A stretch of 51,582 bases of DNA from Bdellovibrionales bacterium (GTDB taxonomy: Bacteria > Bdellovibrionota > Bdellovibrionia > Bdellovibrionales > DASUEL01). The position numbers were made by a program, and so were the translations under genes. The notes beneath the pieces are model-generated. The model was not told the origin of the DNA. It saw only the letters and a program-made list of their open reading frames with translations, and ran no database searches. Where the stretch lies: contig JBFWOZ010000021.1 in assembly GCA_050250255.1 (NCBI GenBank), positions 1 to 51,582 of the forward strand. The letters are read 5' to 3'. Positions 35,769-45,344 of this stretch are shown here, piece by piece. Within the stretch, counting starts at the first letter, position 1; every line of letters begins with the position of its first letter.

Positions 35769-36446
35769 ATGCTTACGCTTCTCTTTTCGCTCTCCCTCAC
35801 TTTCGCTTTGGCTGACTCCTGCCCTTTTCAAGTGGAATCTTTAAACCAAATCCAAGTTCAAAGAATGAGAATAGGCCCTCAAAAAGATTGCATGATTCTC
35901 GTATCGCAGAATGTAAGACCGAAAGCATGGAGAAGTTATTCTTACTCGCAATCTGGACTATTTATGATTTTTATGAACTTTGACGAGTCCGACGATCCGC
36001 ATTCGACAGGAGCACGAAGCTATTTTGTTTTTCCAAGAAAAATGGAACCTCGCTTTCAATTTACTGAAAATGAGCTCGAAGTTTTAGATGCCGCGGGACA
36101 CTTACATCGGTTTGATTTGAGAACAGCCAAATATCTTTCGATGAGTGAGTCGGTCCTTGAAGTAAACTCTAAAATCGTTCGTGAAAACCAGGGAGGCTTT
36201 AAAATTAAATCCTCAAAACACCTTCTTCTCGATAATGGATTTGCTTTAGGAGAACTCCCCTATGTCGACGAAAATGCATCGTCGTTTTTTCGTCTTGAGG
36301 AAAAAACATGTACTGTTCACCATCGCGAACTTTTCTCTTACACTTACGGGAAGCGTCCCGATGGCACTCGGTATCTGGAAGGCGTGCGCTTTAAACTCTC
36401 CGACACCGAAGTGCTAAGAAAAGTTCAATCGTGCTTTAGCTATTAA
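35769..36446 (+). CDS. Secreted hypothetical protein
   Basis: Signal peptide ending ALA; beta-rich; 4 Cys. Confidence 0.7.
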   Translation: MLTLLFSLSLTFALADSCPFQVESLNQIQVQRMRIGPQKDCMILVSQNVRPKAWRSYSYSQSGLFMIFMNFDESDDPHSTGARSYFVFPRKMEPRFQFTENELEVLDAAGHLHRFDLRTAKYLSMSESVLEVNSKIVRENQGGFKIKSSKHLLLDNGFALGELPYVDENASSFFRLEEKTCTVHHRELFSYTYGKRPDGTRYLEGVRFKLSDTEVLRKVQSCFSY

Positions 36447-36481
36447 AGTGCGGCCTTCATGCTTTCCTCCTTAGGAAAATT

Positions 36482-38800
36482 TTATTGCTCTGTTGTGATT
36501 CTTAAATAGAATCTCTTTTTAGCTACAGGTTTTTTAGTTTCGCCCGCATTCCAAATTTGAATGTAAGCAAAGTCGACGCAAGATCCGTCCTCACGATTAC
36601 TTTCATCACATTTTCCGTAAGCCGTTAAAGGGATGTTTACTGAATCCGCTTCCGAGTTGAGTGTGTAAACCAGAGGTTGCCGCTCTTGGCCTTCCCACTT
36701 AATGGCGCCTTGGAGTGGTCCGCCCTCAAGACCCACGCGTACTTGAACGGGATAAACAAACTTATACGTATCGCTGCTCGTGAGTTTTACATTTAAGTTA
36801 TAGGTGACTTTGTCTATGGCCTTAAGCGTGTGAGGAATTGGCTTCCCTCGAGAACCTGACGATGTATCTGTCACTTCTTCTTCGCCATTAAATAAAGAAA
36901 ACTGTGCTGGCATTTTATCGTCAAAACGGAAGTTACGCCCGGCAAGCGCTTGCGTGAGATAGTTTTTCATCTCCCCGGCGCGGCGATAACGACTTCCTAG
37001 CTCATCAGCAAAGTACATATGTTCAAACCAATTTTTCGCCGTAAGGCCCGGGTGATTACGAGTGAGTCTCATCGCTTCAAGCGTGAGGTCGGCGGCTTTT
37101 ATTAAACCCTTCTCTCCTTGAGCTTTGATCGCGTTCACCATGAAATCGTTCATCGAGCCACCATAGGCTTCGCCGTCATCATGCACTTCGTTTGTCAGAT
37201 GAAACCCGATATTATTCATAATACGGAATTTATCAGAACCATCAAACGGCTTTCCTTTGCTCACGAGTTGCACAAGTAACTGCGCTAAATAATCTGCCAT
37301 TCCCTCACTTAAACCCCCGGTGTCAGCCAACGTGATGTAATCACCCATGAGTCGATCCATAATCCCATGACCGAGCTCATGCCAGATTGTGGAATTATCT
37401 CGTGCAAAGTTTTGCGACTTTGGTGAATAGGTTGTGAAGTTGATCGTGTCGTCAGAATAATAGGCGTTATCTTTCATAGAAATGTCAGGATCATAGAGGA
37501 ACGCATGGAAGGGACGAGTTGAAATTTCTGGATCAGAGAATCCCATTTTGTGTAACGAAGTCATGAAGGTGTCGACGGCCCAATAAACTTGCACTTCATC
37601 AAAACCGTCATTGATATAGGATTTTGGATCGTGATCAGCGAGACGTTGTGCCGGTCGATTCCATACATCCGATGGCGCTGTCAGCGGGCGACCAAGGAGA
37701 GAACCTCCCGGAATCATTTCCCAAACTTCTTTATCCTCTCTCCTGCTCGCTGTCCAATTGGGGTGATAGTGCACAGAGGGCTGAGGTTCAAAATTGAGAT
37801 CTGGAAATTTTGCCGCTACATCGGGATGAAGATTGATGGTTACATATTTTCCGTCAAGGATCATTCCTCGTTGAAAATTATTTGTTACAAGTGGAGTTGC
37901 GCCACGAAGAGCTGTTGCTCTTTCTTTCAGCCAACGGCCAGACCACACACCTTTTGCCTGTTCTGACGGAAACTCACCCAATATAGGATCATACTGATCT
38001 TCCCAATAGCGACGCGTGCGGAGAGGCTCGTAGATGTCCGTTCTTGTGCGATGTACTTTCATATTGAGGTTACGAAGTTTTGAAGGTAGTCGTTCTAATG
38101 TTTTTTCGGGTACGCCTTCTGCTTCTTCATAAATAGGGTAAACACGCGCCGGAAGTTCAAAACTAGGAGCGGTAATCGTACCATCTGTTTGAGGAAACTC
38201 TTGGTAGTTATACTTCAGAACAAACCCGCTCACGACATCAAGTTCTACTTTATGGTAGCCACGGCGTCCTTTAGCTTTTACAACACGAACCAATGAGCTG
38301 TTTTGCCATTCGTCTCTCCACTGAGTTTCAAAAACACGTTTATCGTCGAGGTTTTGAGAAGCCGCCAACCGAGTCAGCTCCATCGTGCGCTGGGAGTTTA
38401 ATTTTTGTGCGAGACCAAAAGTTGAAAGCCCACGCTTTTTCATCGCCGCACGAATTTTAAGTTCAGTTTCTTCACTTTCTACAAGTGCCTCTGCCTGAAC
38501 CAAGAGATTTCCTTTTTTCCAGATACGAATGGAGCGTGATTTGAGAGGAATCCCATCCGACATTTGAAGCCACATTTCAAAATGCGTATTTGCAAGCGCA
38601 CGGTTTTCAAAAAGAAGAAAATCCTCTTTTGTAAGCTGAAACCCTGTTTTGGCGTTCACCTGAGCAAGAACGTTTTCAAATTGAGCTCGTCGAAAATCTT
38701 TCGCCGTAAAACGAACCGACTTTGCATCTCCCGCAAGCGAGAACTGAGCCACGCTAAAAACGAGAACAAAAAGAATGAATAAACGAAATGCCGAACGCAT
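36482..38800 (-). CDS. Secreted M4/M36-family zinc metalloprotease
   Basis: DNAYY, HELGH (HExxH), GGLSEGMAD and EVHDDG; signal peptide from ATG 38800. Confidence 0.85.
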   Translation of the reverse strand: MRSAFRLFILFVLVFSVAQFSLAGDAKSVRFTAKDFRRAQFENVLAQVNAKTGFQLTKEDFLLFENRALANTHFEMWLQMSDGIPLKSRSIRIWKKGNLLVQAEALVESEETELKIRAAMKKRGLSTFGLAQKLNSQRTMELTRLAASQNLDDKRVFETQWRDEWQNSSLVRVVKAKGRRGYHKVELDVVSGFVLKYNYQEFPQTDGTITAPSFELPARVYPIYEEAEGVPEKTLERLPSKLRNLNMKVHRTRTDIYEPLRTRRYWEDQYDPILGEFPSEQAKGVWSGRWLKERATALRGATPLVTNNFQRGMILDGKYVTINLHPDVAAKFPDLNFEPQPSVHYHPNWTASRREDKEVWEMIPGGSLLGRPLTAPSDVWNRPAQRLADHDPKSYINDGFDEVQVYWAVDTFMTSLHKMGFSDPEISTRPFHAFLYDPDISMKDNAYYSDDTINFTTYSPKSQNFARDNSTIWHELGHGIMDRLMGDYITLADTGGLSEGMADYLAQLLVQLVSKGKPFDGSDKFRIMNNIGFHLTNEVHDDGEAYGGSMNDFMVNAIKAQGEKGLIKAADLTLEAMRLTRNHPGLTAKNWFEHMYFADELGSRYRRAGEMKNYLTQALAGRNFRFDDKMPAQFSLFNGEEEVTDTSSGSRGKPIPHTLKAIDKVTYNLNVKLTSSDTYKFVYPVQVRVGLEGGPLQGAIKWEGQERQPLVYTLNSEADSVNIPLTAYGKCDESNREDGSCVDFAYIQIWNAGETKKPVAKKRFYLRITTEQ

Positions 38801-38855
38801 AGAAGCCCCCCTCAAATGTAATTCCTAGGAGTTACAAGCCCCTCAGTTCCCAGTC

Positions 38856-38993
38856 ACCAAAAAGGTCTCCGGGCCTTTTTTCTGGCTACATTGCGCCACA
38901 TATCCTGTCCTTTAGGATCGGTATTCTAACTTATAAGTAATGAGTTTCAGCTAATGCAGCGTAGCCAGATAAAAGGCCCGGAGGCCTTTTGGT
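38856..38993. repeat. REP-like doublet (REPIN/BIME-like): two ~38-bp imperfect inverted arms with 61-bp spacer
   Basis: Right arm (+) GTAGCCAGATAAAAGGCCCGGAGGCCTTTTGGT; left arm (-) GTAGCCAGAAAAAAGGCCCGGAGACCTTTTTGGT; each arm carries its own hairpin (AAAAGGCC-CGGA-GGCCTTTT in the right arm, one mismatch in the left). Confidence 0.8.
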
Positions 38994-39071
38994 AAAGAGA
39001 CGTTTTCTGTCACCCTGTTCACCTATTTCCATGTCATTTTGCATAGCTAGGCCCCTTGCCTCTCCTCGAAA

Positions 39072-39087
39072 TGGCACTTCACTTGCT
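39072..39087 (+). promoter_or_regulatory. Sigma54 (-24/-12) promoter of the Agl/Glt-like operon
   Basis: TGGCAC-TTCAC-TTGCT, an exact match to TGGCAC-N5-TTGCW, 75 bp upstream of ATG 39163. Confidence 0.8.
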
Positions 39088-39162
39088 CTTCCTCTATTTG
39101 GTTAGAAAACCCTAAACGTGAGCTCCACCACGAGTGGATGCTAAAAAAATGAGGATTTATAT

Positions 39163-39855
39163 ATGGATACGTTATCTCAGATCGCACACGGATTCTCGGC
39201 CGGCGGTATTTGGATGTGGGCAATTTTTGTCGCTCAAGTCATCTCTCTTGCCATCATCGCTGAGCGTGTTTTCGCTCTTTATTTTCAACGTCAGTCAGAT
39301 CAGATGGATTTGGCGCACGCATTTGAAGAAGACATTAAAAAAGGACAGCTCGATAAAGTTGTCACGAAATCAAAAAAACTTTCTCACCGTAGCCCCATCG
39401 GCCTCGTTGTTCAAACAGGTGCTCAAGCCGCAATGGATTTAGGTGGACGTGATGAAATCCAAGCCCGCATGGACGAAGTTCTTTTAAGAGAAAATTCTCG
39501 TTTTGAAAAGCGCATTGGTTTTCTCGCAATGCTTGGTAACGTAGGAACTCTACTTGGTCTCCTCGGAACAATCGTAGGTATGATCGGTTCATTCCACGCT
39601 GTTAGCCAAGCAAATCCCATTGAAAAAGCCACTCTTCTCGCTCACCACATCTCTATTGCTATGTACTGTACCGCATACGGTCTTGTAATGGCGATTCCTG
39701 CTCTTGTGATGTTTTCAGTTCTTCAAAACCGCGCCACCCACTTAGCGGAAGATTTAAACCAAAGCGCGCTGAAGGTTTTCAACTGGCTCAGCTATTCTTA
39801 CGAAACTGTACCTGTTAAGAAAACAGGTATCGGCGGAAAGAATTTAAACAACTAA
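39163..39855 (+). CDS. MotA/TolQ/ExbB proton channel protein (AglR-like)
   Basis: GG-x-W-M...IAER, TLLGLLGTIVGMIGSF and TAYGL-x-x-AIP. Confidence 0.93.
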   Translation: MDTLSQIAHGFSAGGIWMWAIFVAQVISLAIIAERVFALYFQRQSDQMDLAHAFEEDIKKGQLDKVVTKSKKLSHRSPIGLVVQTGAQAAMDLGGRDEIQARMDEVLLRENSRFEKRIGFLAMLGNVGTLLGLLGTIVGMIGSFHAVSQANPIEKATLLAHHISIAMYCTAYGLVMAIPALVMFSVLQNRATHLAEDLNQSALKVFNWLSYSYETVPVKKTGIGGKNLNN

Positions 39856-39888
39856 TTGTAAGTAGAATTTTAAAGAAGGAACCGATTT

Positions 39889-40359
39889 ATGCACGTACCT
39901 AGTGGTGGAAAAAATAAAAAGGAAGTCAATTTCGAACTGAATTTGATTCCGGTGTTCGATGTGCTGTCGGCCTGCATCTGCTTTCTCCTCATTACAGCAG
40001 TGTGGGTCCAAATCGGTTCGATGGATGTCTCTCAAGCTCTTGGTGGACAAGCCACAGAGAAGAAAGAAAATCCTCCTTCCGTTCTCACTTATATGGAACC
40101 GACAGGAGAGATTCATTTTTCTCTTAAAGACACTCCTGGTGCTCCCGCAAAATTAAAAGATATTCGAATTAAAGGTCAAAGCGGTGACGTGACTTGGAAC
40201 CAAGTGGAACAATACATCCAGCAACTCTCAAAATATGTTCCTAAAGTTCAAACCGCACTCGTGATGCCTTCAAAACAAACTCGTTACGAAGACATGATGC
40301 AGATCATGGATCAATTTAAGAAAAACGGACTCAAAGATATCGGAATTTCGCCTCTGTAG
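39889..40359 (+). CDS. ExbD/TolR family protein (AglS/AglQ-like)
   Basis: ELNLIPVFDVL TM with conserved Asp; P-x-x-x-x-x-Y-E-D-x-x-x-I-M-D. Confidence 0.9.
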   Translation: MHVPSGGKNKKEVNFELNLIPVFDVLSACICFLLITAVWVQIGSMDVSQALGGQATEKKENPPSVLTYMEPTGEIHFSLKDTPGAPAKLKDIRIKGQSGDVTWNQVEQYIQQLSKYVPKVQTALVMPSKQTRYEDMMQIMDQFKKNGLKDIGISPL

Positions 40360-40380
40360 TAATAGAGAAGGAAGAAAAAT

Positions 40381-40893
40381 ATGTTAGCCCATTCGATTTT
40401 AAAACAGTCCCAGTTCCAGAGCCCGCTGCTCAATCAATCCAAATTGAAGCCGCGCGGACACGGCGTAGCACGCCCTCTGGTGTTCACGCTGATGTTGACC
40501 TCGCTCGTCGACGCTTTTGCAATTCTTTTGATCTTCTTGTTGCTTAATAACAATACTACGGACCCAAGAGTACAAATCAAAAAAGACATTCGTCTACCTG
40601 AAGTCACTCAATCGACAAACTTAGATTACGGAATCATGGTTCGCGTTGAAAACGGTCGCTACTTTGTAGAAGAAAAAGAAATTTCAGCGCAAGATCTTCC
40701 ACGTGCACTTATGGAACAAAAAAATAACTTCAAAGCCGACGATGCAAGCAAAAAAGTACAGCTGATTGTTCAAGCCGATAAAAAAGCAAATTACGAAATA
40801 TTAAATCCAATCATTCTTGCCGCTTCCCATGTTGGTTTTGAACAGTTCAAATTCGCAGTTCTTCCGACGATGAATTCACGGACGGGTCGATAA
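40381..40893 (+). CDS. ExbD/TolR family protein (second copy)
   Basis: LMLTSLVDAFAILLIFLL TM; I-x-L-P and VQADK-x-x-x-Y. Confidence 0.9.
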   Translation: MLAHSILKQSQFQSPLLNQSKLKPRGHGVARPLVFTLMLTSLVDAFAILLIFLLLNNNTTDPRVQIKKDIRLPEVTQSTNLDYGIMVRVENGRYFVEEKEISAQDLPRALMEQKNNFKADDASKKVQLIVQADKKANYEILNPIILAASHVGFEQFKFAVLPTMNSRTGR

Positions 40894-43878
40894 ATGAAAC
40901 AGATCACAGGTCTTCTCTTCATTTTAAGTTTGCTTGCTCCTTCTGCGAAAGCAGAAAAGATGGATGGTTCTACCCACAACTTTCTTGTGGAAAAATTAGA
41001 ACGCGCCATTGAAGCAACAGAAAAAAATGATGAGACACTTGTGCCGCTCATGAAACGACTTGCTGACCTCTACGCCGAACGCGCCCGCATTAAAGAGATG
41101 GACGAAATCGGCAAAGAGGAAGCTCAAAGATGTCCTGTGTGCCCTGCAAGTCTCGATGATCGCAAAAAATCGATTAAAATTTATAACCAGCTCCTTGTCC
41201 GTAAAGACATTGAAGATAAAGGTGATATTCTTATTCAACTTGCCCACATCCACTTACTTTTAGGTCAACAAAAAGAAGCTCTCAAAGTGTTCGAAGATGT
41301 CATTAAGAAAACAAAAGATTACTCTCCATCCCTTGTGGGAGCGGCACATGCAGGACTTGGCGAAATTTACTACTCCAAGCAAAACATGAAAAAGGCCACA
41401 CAACACCTTGAATCTGCTTTAAAAATTGGTGAAACTAAAAAGAAAGGCCTCCTCACTTACCGACTCGCATGGTGCTACCTCAATCAAGGTCGAGTGTCTC
41501 AAGCGACACAAAAAATAGAACAAATTCTTAAAACACCTGCGCTTCTCTCTACGGAAGCAAGTCAGGGATCACAGATCGACACTGTATTCCAAGAAGAAGT
41601 ATCTCGTGATTTCGCAACCTTCTTAGCAAAAGGTCATGTAGATCGTAAAGTGATCGAAAACTATGTCGCTCTCTCTCCTGAACAAGCGCGTACCGACAAC
41701 CTCTCTTACCTCGCCAGCGAACTCGATCGAACCGGTAAAAAACAAGCGGCTCTGATCGCTTGGCAAATGGTGAACCTCCGACAAATCAATCCGAATAAAA
41801 AATTAGAGGGGCACATCCGAATGGCCCAAGTGAACTACGACATGAACGATCGTAGTCAAACGCTTTCAGAGATCCGCTCAGGCGTTGAGCATTGGAAAAA
41901 CAGTGGCTGCAAAAAAGATGAATCTTGCGAAGAGCTACAGTCAAAATTAAAAAAACTCATCACTGACTGGGACCGCGCCACCAAGAAAACGATGAGCCCA
42001 GAACTTGCCGAAGCCTACAAAGCTTACTTAAGCCTCTTTGACAAGGATACCGAAATGACCTACTGGGGAGCAAACTCGCTCCATAAGCATAAAATGTTCG
42101 TAGAATCTGGCCCTCTTTATCACCGAGCCGCAATGCTCGCGAAAAAAGATTTGAAGAAAGCCGAAGCTTCCGAAGAAAAGAAAAAGCTGAACAATATCTT
42201 TGAAGGCTCCCTCCTTGCACAGATCGAAGCCGCCGAAAGCAGCAAAGATCCTAAAGCTCGTATCGCAGCGTACGAAAACTACATCGACCAAAATCCTAAA
42301 GGCGAAAGAATCTCCGAAGTAAAATACCAAGTCGCTCAAGTTTTCTACGAACAAGGTGACTACAAACGCGCACACTCCGTATTTAAAACAATTGCTTTAG
42401 ATGACAGAACACCTCGTGAAATTGCGCTTAAATCCGCCGACCTCACTTTAGATTGTTTAAACCTCATGAAAGACGAACCCGCGATTCAACAACAAGCTGA
42501 GGAATTTGCAGTTAGATTCCCAGAGAGAAAAACAGAGTTCGTAACCTTATCTCGTAAATCCACTTTGAATCAGATTGCTCATTCCGTAAATTCTCCTCAA
42601 ACATCGACTTCAGAATTAAAAAGAAGCCTCGTCGCCATGAATGCTGTTTCCTTAGCTGGGGCTTCTGAAAAAGAAAAAACACAGCTTTACAAAGACCGCA
42701 TCGTGGTGGCCGAAAAATTAAAAGATCTTTCTCAAGTCATACTCAACTGCAATCTCCTTTTAAAAGCAAAGAGCTCGACTAAAGAAGATAAAGATTTTGC
42801 AAACTCTCGCAAACTCTGGGCTCTCGAAATGGGTTTCAACTTTAAAGAAGCCTATGTTCTTTCCAAGAGGACCGGACTTCCACATTTAAGCGAAGCGGAT
42901 AAACATTTAAAGCTCGCCGTTCTTGCCGAACTTGCTAATCTTAGTGCCCAAAAACATTACCGTGATTTCCTAAAAGTGACTTCTAAAGCCGCGGCCGCAA
43001 GACAAGTAATGGTTCTTCTCGTGAGACAATCTTCTAATTCCACAAAAACATTTGCTGAGTTTGAATCAAAATTAAGAGCCGATCGCGAACTTTACTCCCA
43101 ATTAGTCCTTGAAGATTTCGCTCGTACCAAAAACCAATCCCTCGCTTTAAAACGACTTCACTCTGGAGTAGGTTCAACCGTTGCCGGTCGCAATATCTCC
43201 CGCATGATTCAAATCATGAACTTTGACCGGGAAAACCAACAACTCGCTTGGCATAGAATCAACAAATCTCAAAAACATCTTAAAAGCTCACTTAATGAAA
43301 GATTGCGTTTACTCCGTAGCTCAGAACGCAAAGCTCAAGTTGCACTGAATAGCCGTGACTGGAGCTTACAAGTTCTCCACATTCACTTTATCCGCAATCA
43401 GTACACCAGACTTGCTCGAGAGATCTCTCAATTACCGGTTCCAGCAAATCTTAATTCAAAAATGAAAACTCAGTACCGTCATCTTCTTGTTCAACAAGCT
43501 TCCCCTTATCTTGAAAAATCGAATCAACTCGCTCACACGTTAGAAAAACTTTGGGGTCAGTCAAAAATTCTCGATTCTCTTTTAAATGATTACGCAAATG
43601 TAAAACGCACCGTTCGCCCACTCCTCGCCCTCGAAATCAAAAAAATGATGGAGATTGCTCCTTCGTCTGTTCGCCGAGAACTTATGGCGGCCATGACCGA
43701 ACAGAAAAATCACACGAACTTTAGCCAAATCACGCAAGCTCGCCGCGAACTCAAAGAAGATCCATTTAACATTCGACGTTTAGAAAAATTAAAAACTCTT
43801 GAAAGCGAAGCCGGCCGCAACCAAGTGGCAGGTTATCTTGATGCTCGTATTCGGCAAATTCAATCGGGAGGCATCTAA
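40894..43878 (+). CDS. Large exported tetratricopeptide-repeat protein (GltD/AgmU-like)
   Basis: Signal peptide; many TPR-like helices (LGEIYY, YRLAWCY, YQVAQVFY); 994 aa; position within an Agl/Glt-like operon. Confidence 0.8.
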   Translation: MKQITGLLFILSLLAPSAKAEKMDGSTHNFLVEKLERAIEATEKNDETLVPLMKRLADLYAERARIKEMDEIGKEEAQRCPVCPASLDDRKKSIKIYNQLLVRKDIEDKGDILIQLAHIHLLLGQQKEALKVFEDVIKKTKDYSPSLVGAAHAGLGEIYYSKQNMKKATQHLESALKIGETKKKGLLTYRLAWCYLNQGRVSQATQKIEQILKTPALLSTEASQGSQIDTVFQEEVSRDFATFLAKGHVDRKVIENYVALSPEQARTDNLSYLASELDRTGKKQAALIAWQMVNLRQINPNKKLEGHIRMAQVNYDMNDRSQTLSEIRSGVEHWKNSGCKKDESCEELQSKLKKLITDWDRATKKTMSPELAEAYKAYLSLFDKDTEMTYWGANSLHKHKMFVESGPLYHRAAMLAKKDLKKAEASEEKKKLNNIFEGSLLAQIEAAESSKDPKARIAAYENYIDQNPKGERISEVKYQVAQVFYEQGDYKRAHSVFKTIALDDRTPREIALKSADLTLDCLNLMKDEPAIQQQAEEFAVRFPERKTEFVTLSRKSTLNQIAHSVNSPQTSTSELKRSLVAMNAVSLAGASEKEKTQLYKDRIVVAEKLKDLSQVILNCNLLLKAKSSTKEDKDFANSRKLWALEMGFNFKEAYVLSKRTGLPHLSEADKHLKLAVLAELANLSAQKHYRDFLKVTSKAAAARQVMVLLVRQSSNSTKTFAEFESKLRADRELYSQLVLEDFARTKNQSLALKRLHSGVGSTVAGRNISRMIQIMNFDRENQQLAWHRINKSQKHLKSSLNERLRLLRSSERKAQVALNSRDWSLQVLHIHFIRNQYTRLAREISQLPVPANLNSKMKTQYRHLLVQQASPYLEKSNQLAHTLEKLWGQSKILDSLLNDYANVKRTVRPLLALEIKKMMEIAPSSVRRELMAAMTEQKNHTNFSQITQARRELKEDPFNIRRLEKLKTLESEAGRNQVAGYLDARIRQIQSGGI

Positions 43879-44126
43879 TGAAGATTTTTATTATCCTCAT
43901 CGCTTTATCACTTTTTGCACTTCCAAATATGTCTCAAGCGAAGTCTCAAAAAGAACAAAAGAAATTAGGAACTCAATTTAACTTTGAAGACCTCACCGTT
44001 AAAGGAAAATACCAGTACGCAGACGAAGCGGCGGCTGTTGTTGAAAGAGAAAAAGAAATTGATGACCTATTACAACCTCGCAAACATTTTAAAGACCGTT
44101 TAAGCGAAAGCGCGGCAAGAAATTAG
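43878..44126 (+). CDS. Small exported GltF/CglF-like protein
   Basis: Signal peptide; F-N-F-E-D-x-x-V-x-G and R-x-x-F-x-D-R-L; lies immediately before the GltG-like gene. Confidence 0.7.
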   Translation: MKIFIILIALSLFALPNMSQAKSQKEQKKLGTQFNFEDLTVKGKYQYADEAAAVVEREKEIDDLLQPRKHFKDRLSESAARN

Positions 44127-44141
44127 TGAGCAGGAGAGAAT

Positions 44142-45332
44142 ATGAAACGTACCCTCGTATTAAAAAATAAAGCTGGCCAAGTGGTTCGAACACTTCATGG
44201 CGCAAGCTCAAAACTCCATGTGATCTATCGTCATGATACAGGTCGCATCGAAGTTCATTCTTCTCTTGCGGATTTAGAACAAGAAGGTATTGAGTTCACA
44301 AAGCTTTCTGATTTGACCGAAAAACAAATGAGCTCAGAAAAAGTGGTTCACTTAGGAGATTTCGGACACATTCAATCAGTAGAAGAAGTCACCGAAATCA
44401 CTCACTCCTTAAAACCCATCGAAGAAGAAGATGAGTTTAAGAAGATCATGAAGTACACGTTCCTTGCTAATCTCGCTCTCCTTGCGCTCATTTTCTCAAT
44501 CTCCATGATTCGCAATTACTTCCAAAAACCAACCGAGATGGAAGTCGTTATTGTTCCAGTTCGCGAAATGAAAGAGCGTCGTCAAATTGTTGAGCCCATG
44601 AAAGAAAAGAAACCGGTTCCAAAAAATATCAAAGTGGCTAAAAAAACAAAGCCCATCAAAAAAACCTCCCCATCTGTTCGTAAATCTCAAACAAAACCTA
44701 CGCAAAGAGTGGCTATCAATCAGATGGGAGCTCTCGGAGTTCTCGGCCAACTCAATCATGGCCCTAAAGGTGGACTTAAAGTGGATTCACTTCAGACAAG
44801 CCGCGGTCCTGGTCTCGGTGGTGGAACTCAAGGCAGCGGCGGAATGCAAACCACCGTTTATGGTAAAGGACTTGTTGCCGCAGCTCTTGGCCCCGGTGCA
44901 CGTGTAAACGGTGCTGGTGGTTACGGAACTCGCGGTAAAGGTGGCGGAAAAGCCGGCTACGGAAAAATGACTCTCGTTGGTTCTTCGGGAGCTTACTTCC
45001 AACCCGTTGAAGAAGAAGCAGTAGTTGAAGGTGGCTTAGACCGTGATGAAATCGCGGCCGTGATCCAAAGACATCTAGGCGAGATTCGATTCTGTTACGA
45101 ACAAGGTTTACAAAGCCGTTCAGAATTAAAAGGTCGTGTCGCTGTGAAATTCGTGATCGGTTCAACAGGTTTTGTGAACACGGCCGGTGTGAACAACACC
45201 ACTCTTAAAGCAGCCGACGTTGAAGGTTGCATCGTGAATAAATTAAAGACATGGAAATTTCCAGAACCACGCGGTGGCGTGAATGTGAAAGTGACTTATC
45301 CCTTTGTTCTTAAACGTACGAGCCAGGGCTAA
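44142..45332 (+). CDS. GltG/AgmX/PglI-like TonB-type energy transducer
   Basis: Single TM, Lys/Pro-rich then Gly-rich linker; C-terminal GGLDR-x-x-I...IRFCYE...L-x-G-R-V...C-I...W-x-F-P-x-P-x-G-G-x-x-V-x-V-x-Y-P-F. Confidence 0.88.
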   Translation: MKRTLVLKNKAGQVVRTLHGASSKLHVIYRHDTGRIEVHSSLADLEQEGIEFTKLSDLTEKQMSSEKVVHLGDFGHIQSVEEVTEITHSLKPIEEEDEFKKIMKYTFLANLALLALIFSISMIRNYFQKPTEMEVVIVPVREMKERRQIVEPMKEKKPVPKNIKVAKKTKPIKKTSPSVRKSQTKPTQRVAINQMGALGVLGQLNHGPKGGLKVDSLQTSRGPGLGGGTQGSGGMQTTVYGKGLVAAALGPGARVNGAGGYGTRGKGGGKAGYGKMTLVGSSGAYFQPVEEEAVVEGGLDRDEIAAVIQRHLGEIRFCYEQGLQSRSELKGRVAVKFVIGSTGFVNTAGVNNTTLKAADVEGCIVNKLKTWKFPEPRGGVNVKVTYPFVLKRTSQG

Positions 45333-45344
45333 TAGGAGCTATAT

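Noticed and set aside
39134..39442. 102-aa alternative-frame ORF overlapping the TolQ-like gene
   Set aside because: Same-strand frame shadow with no motif; the TolQ frame has the SD and family motifs.
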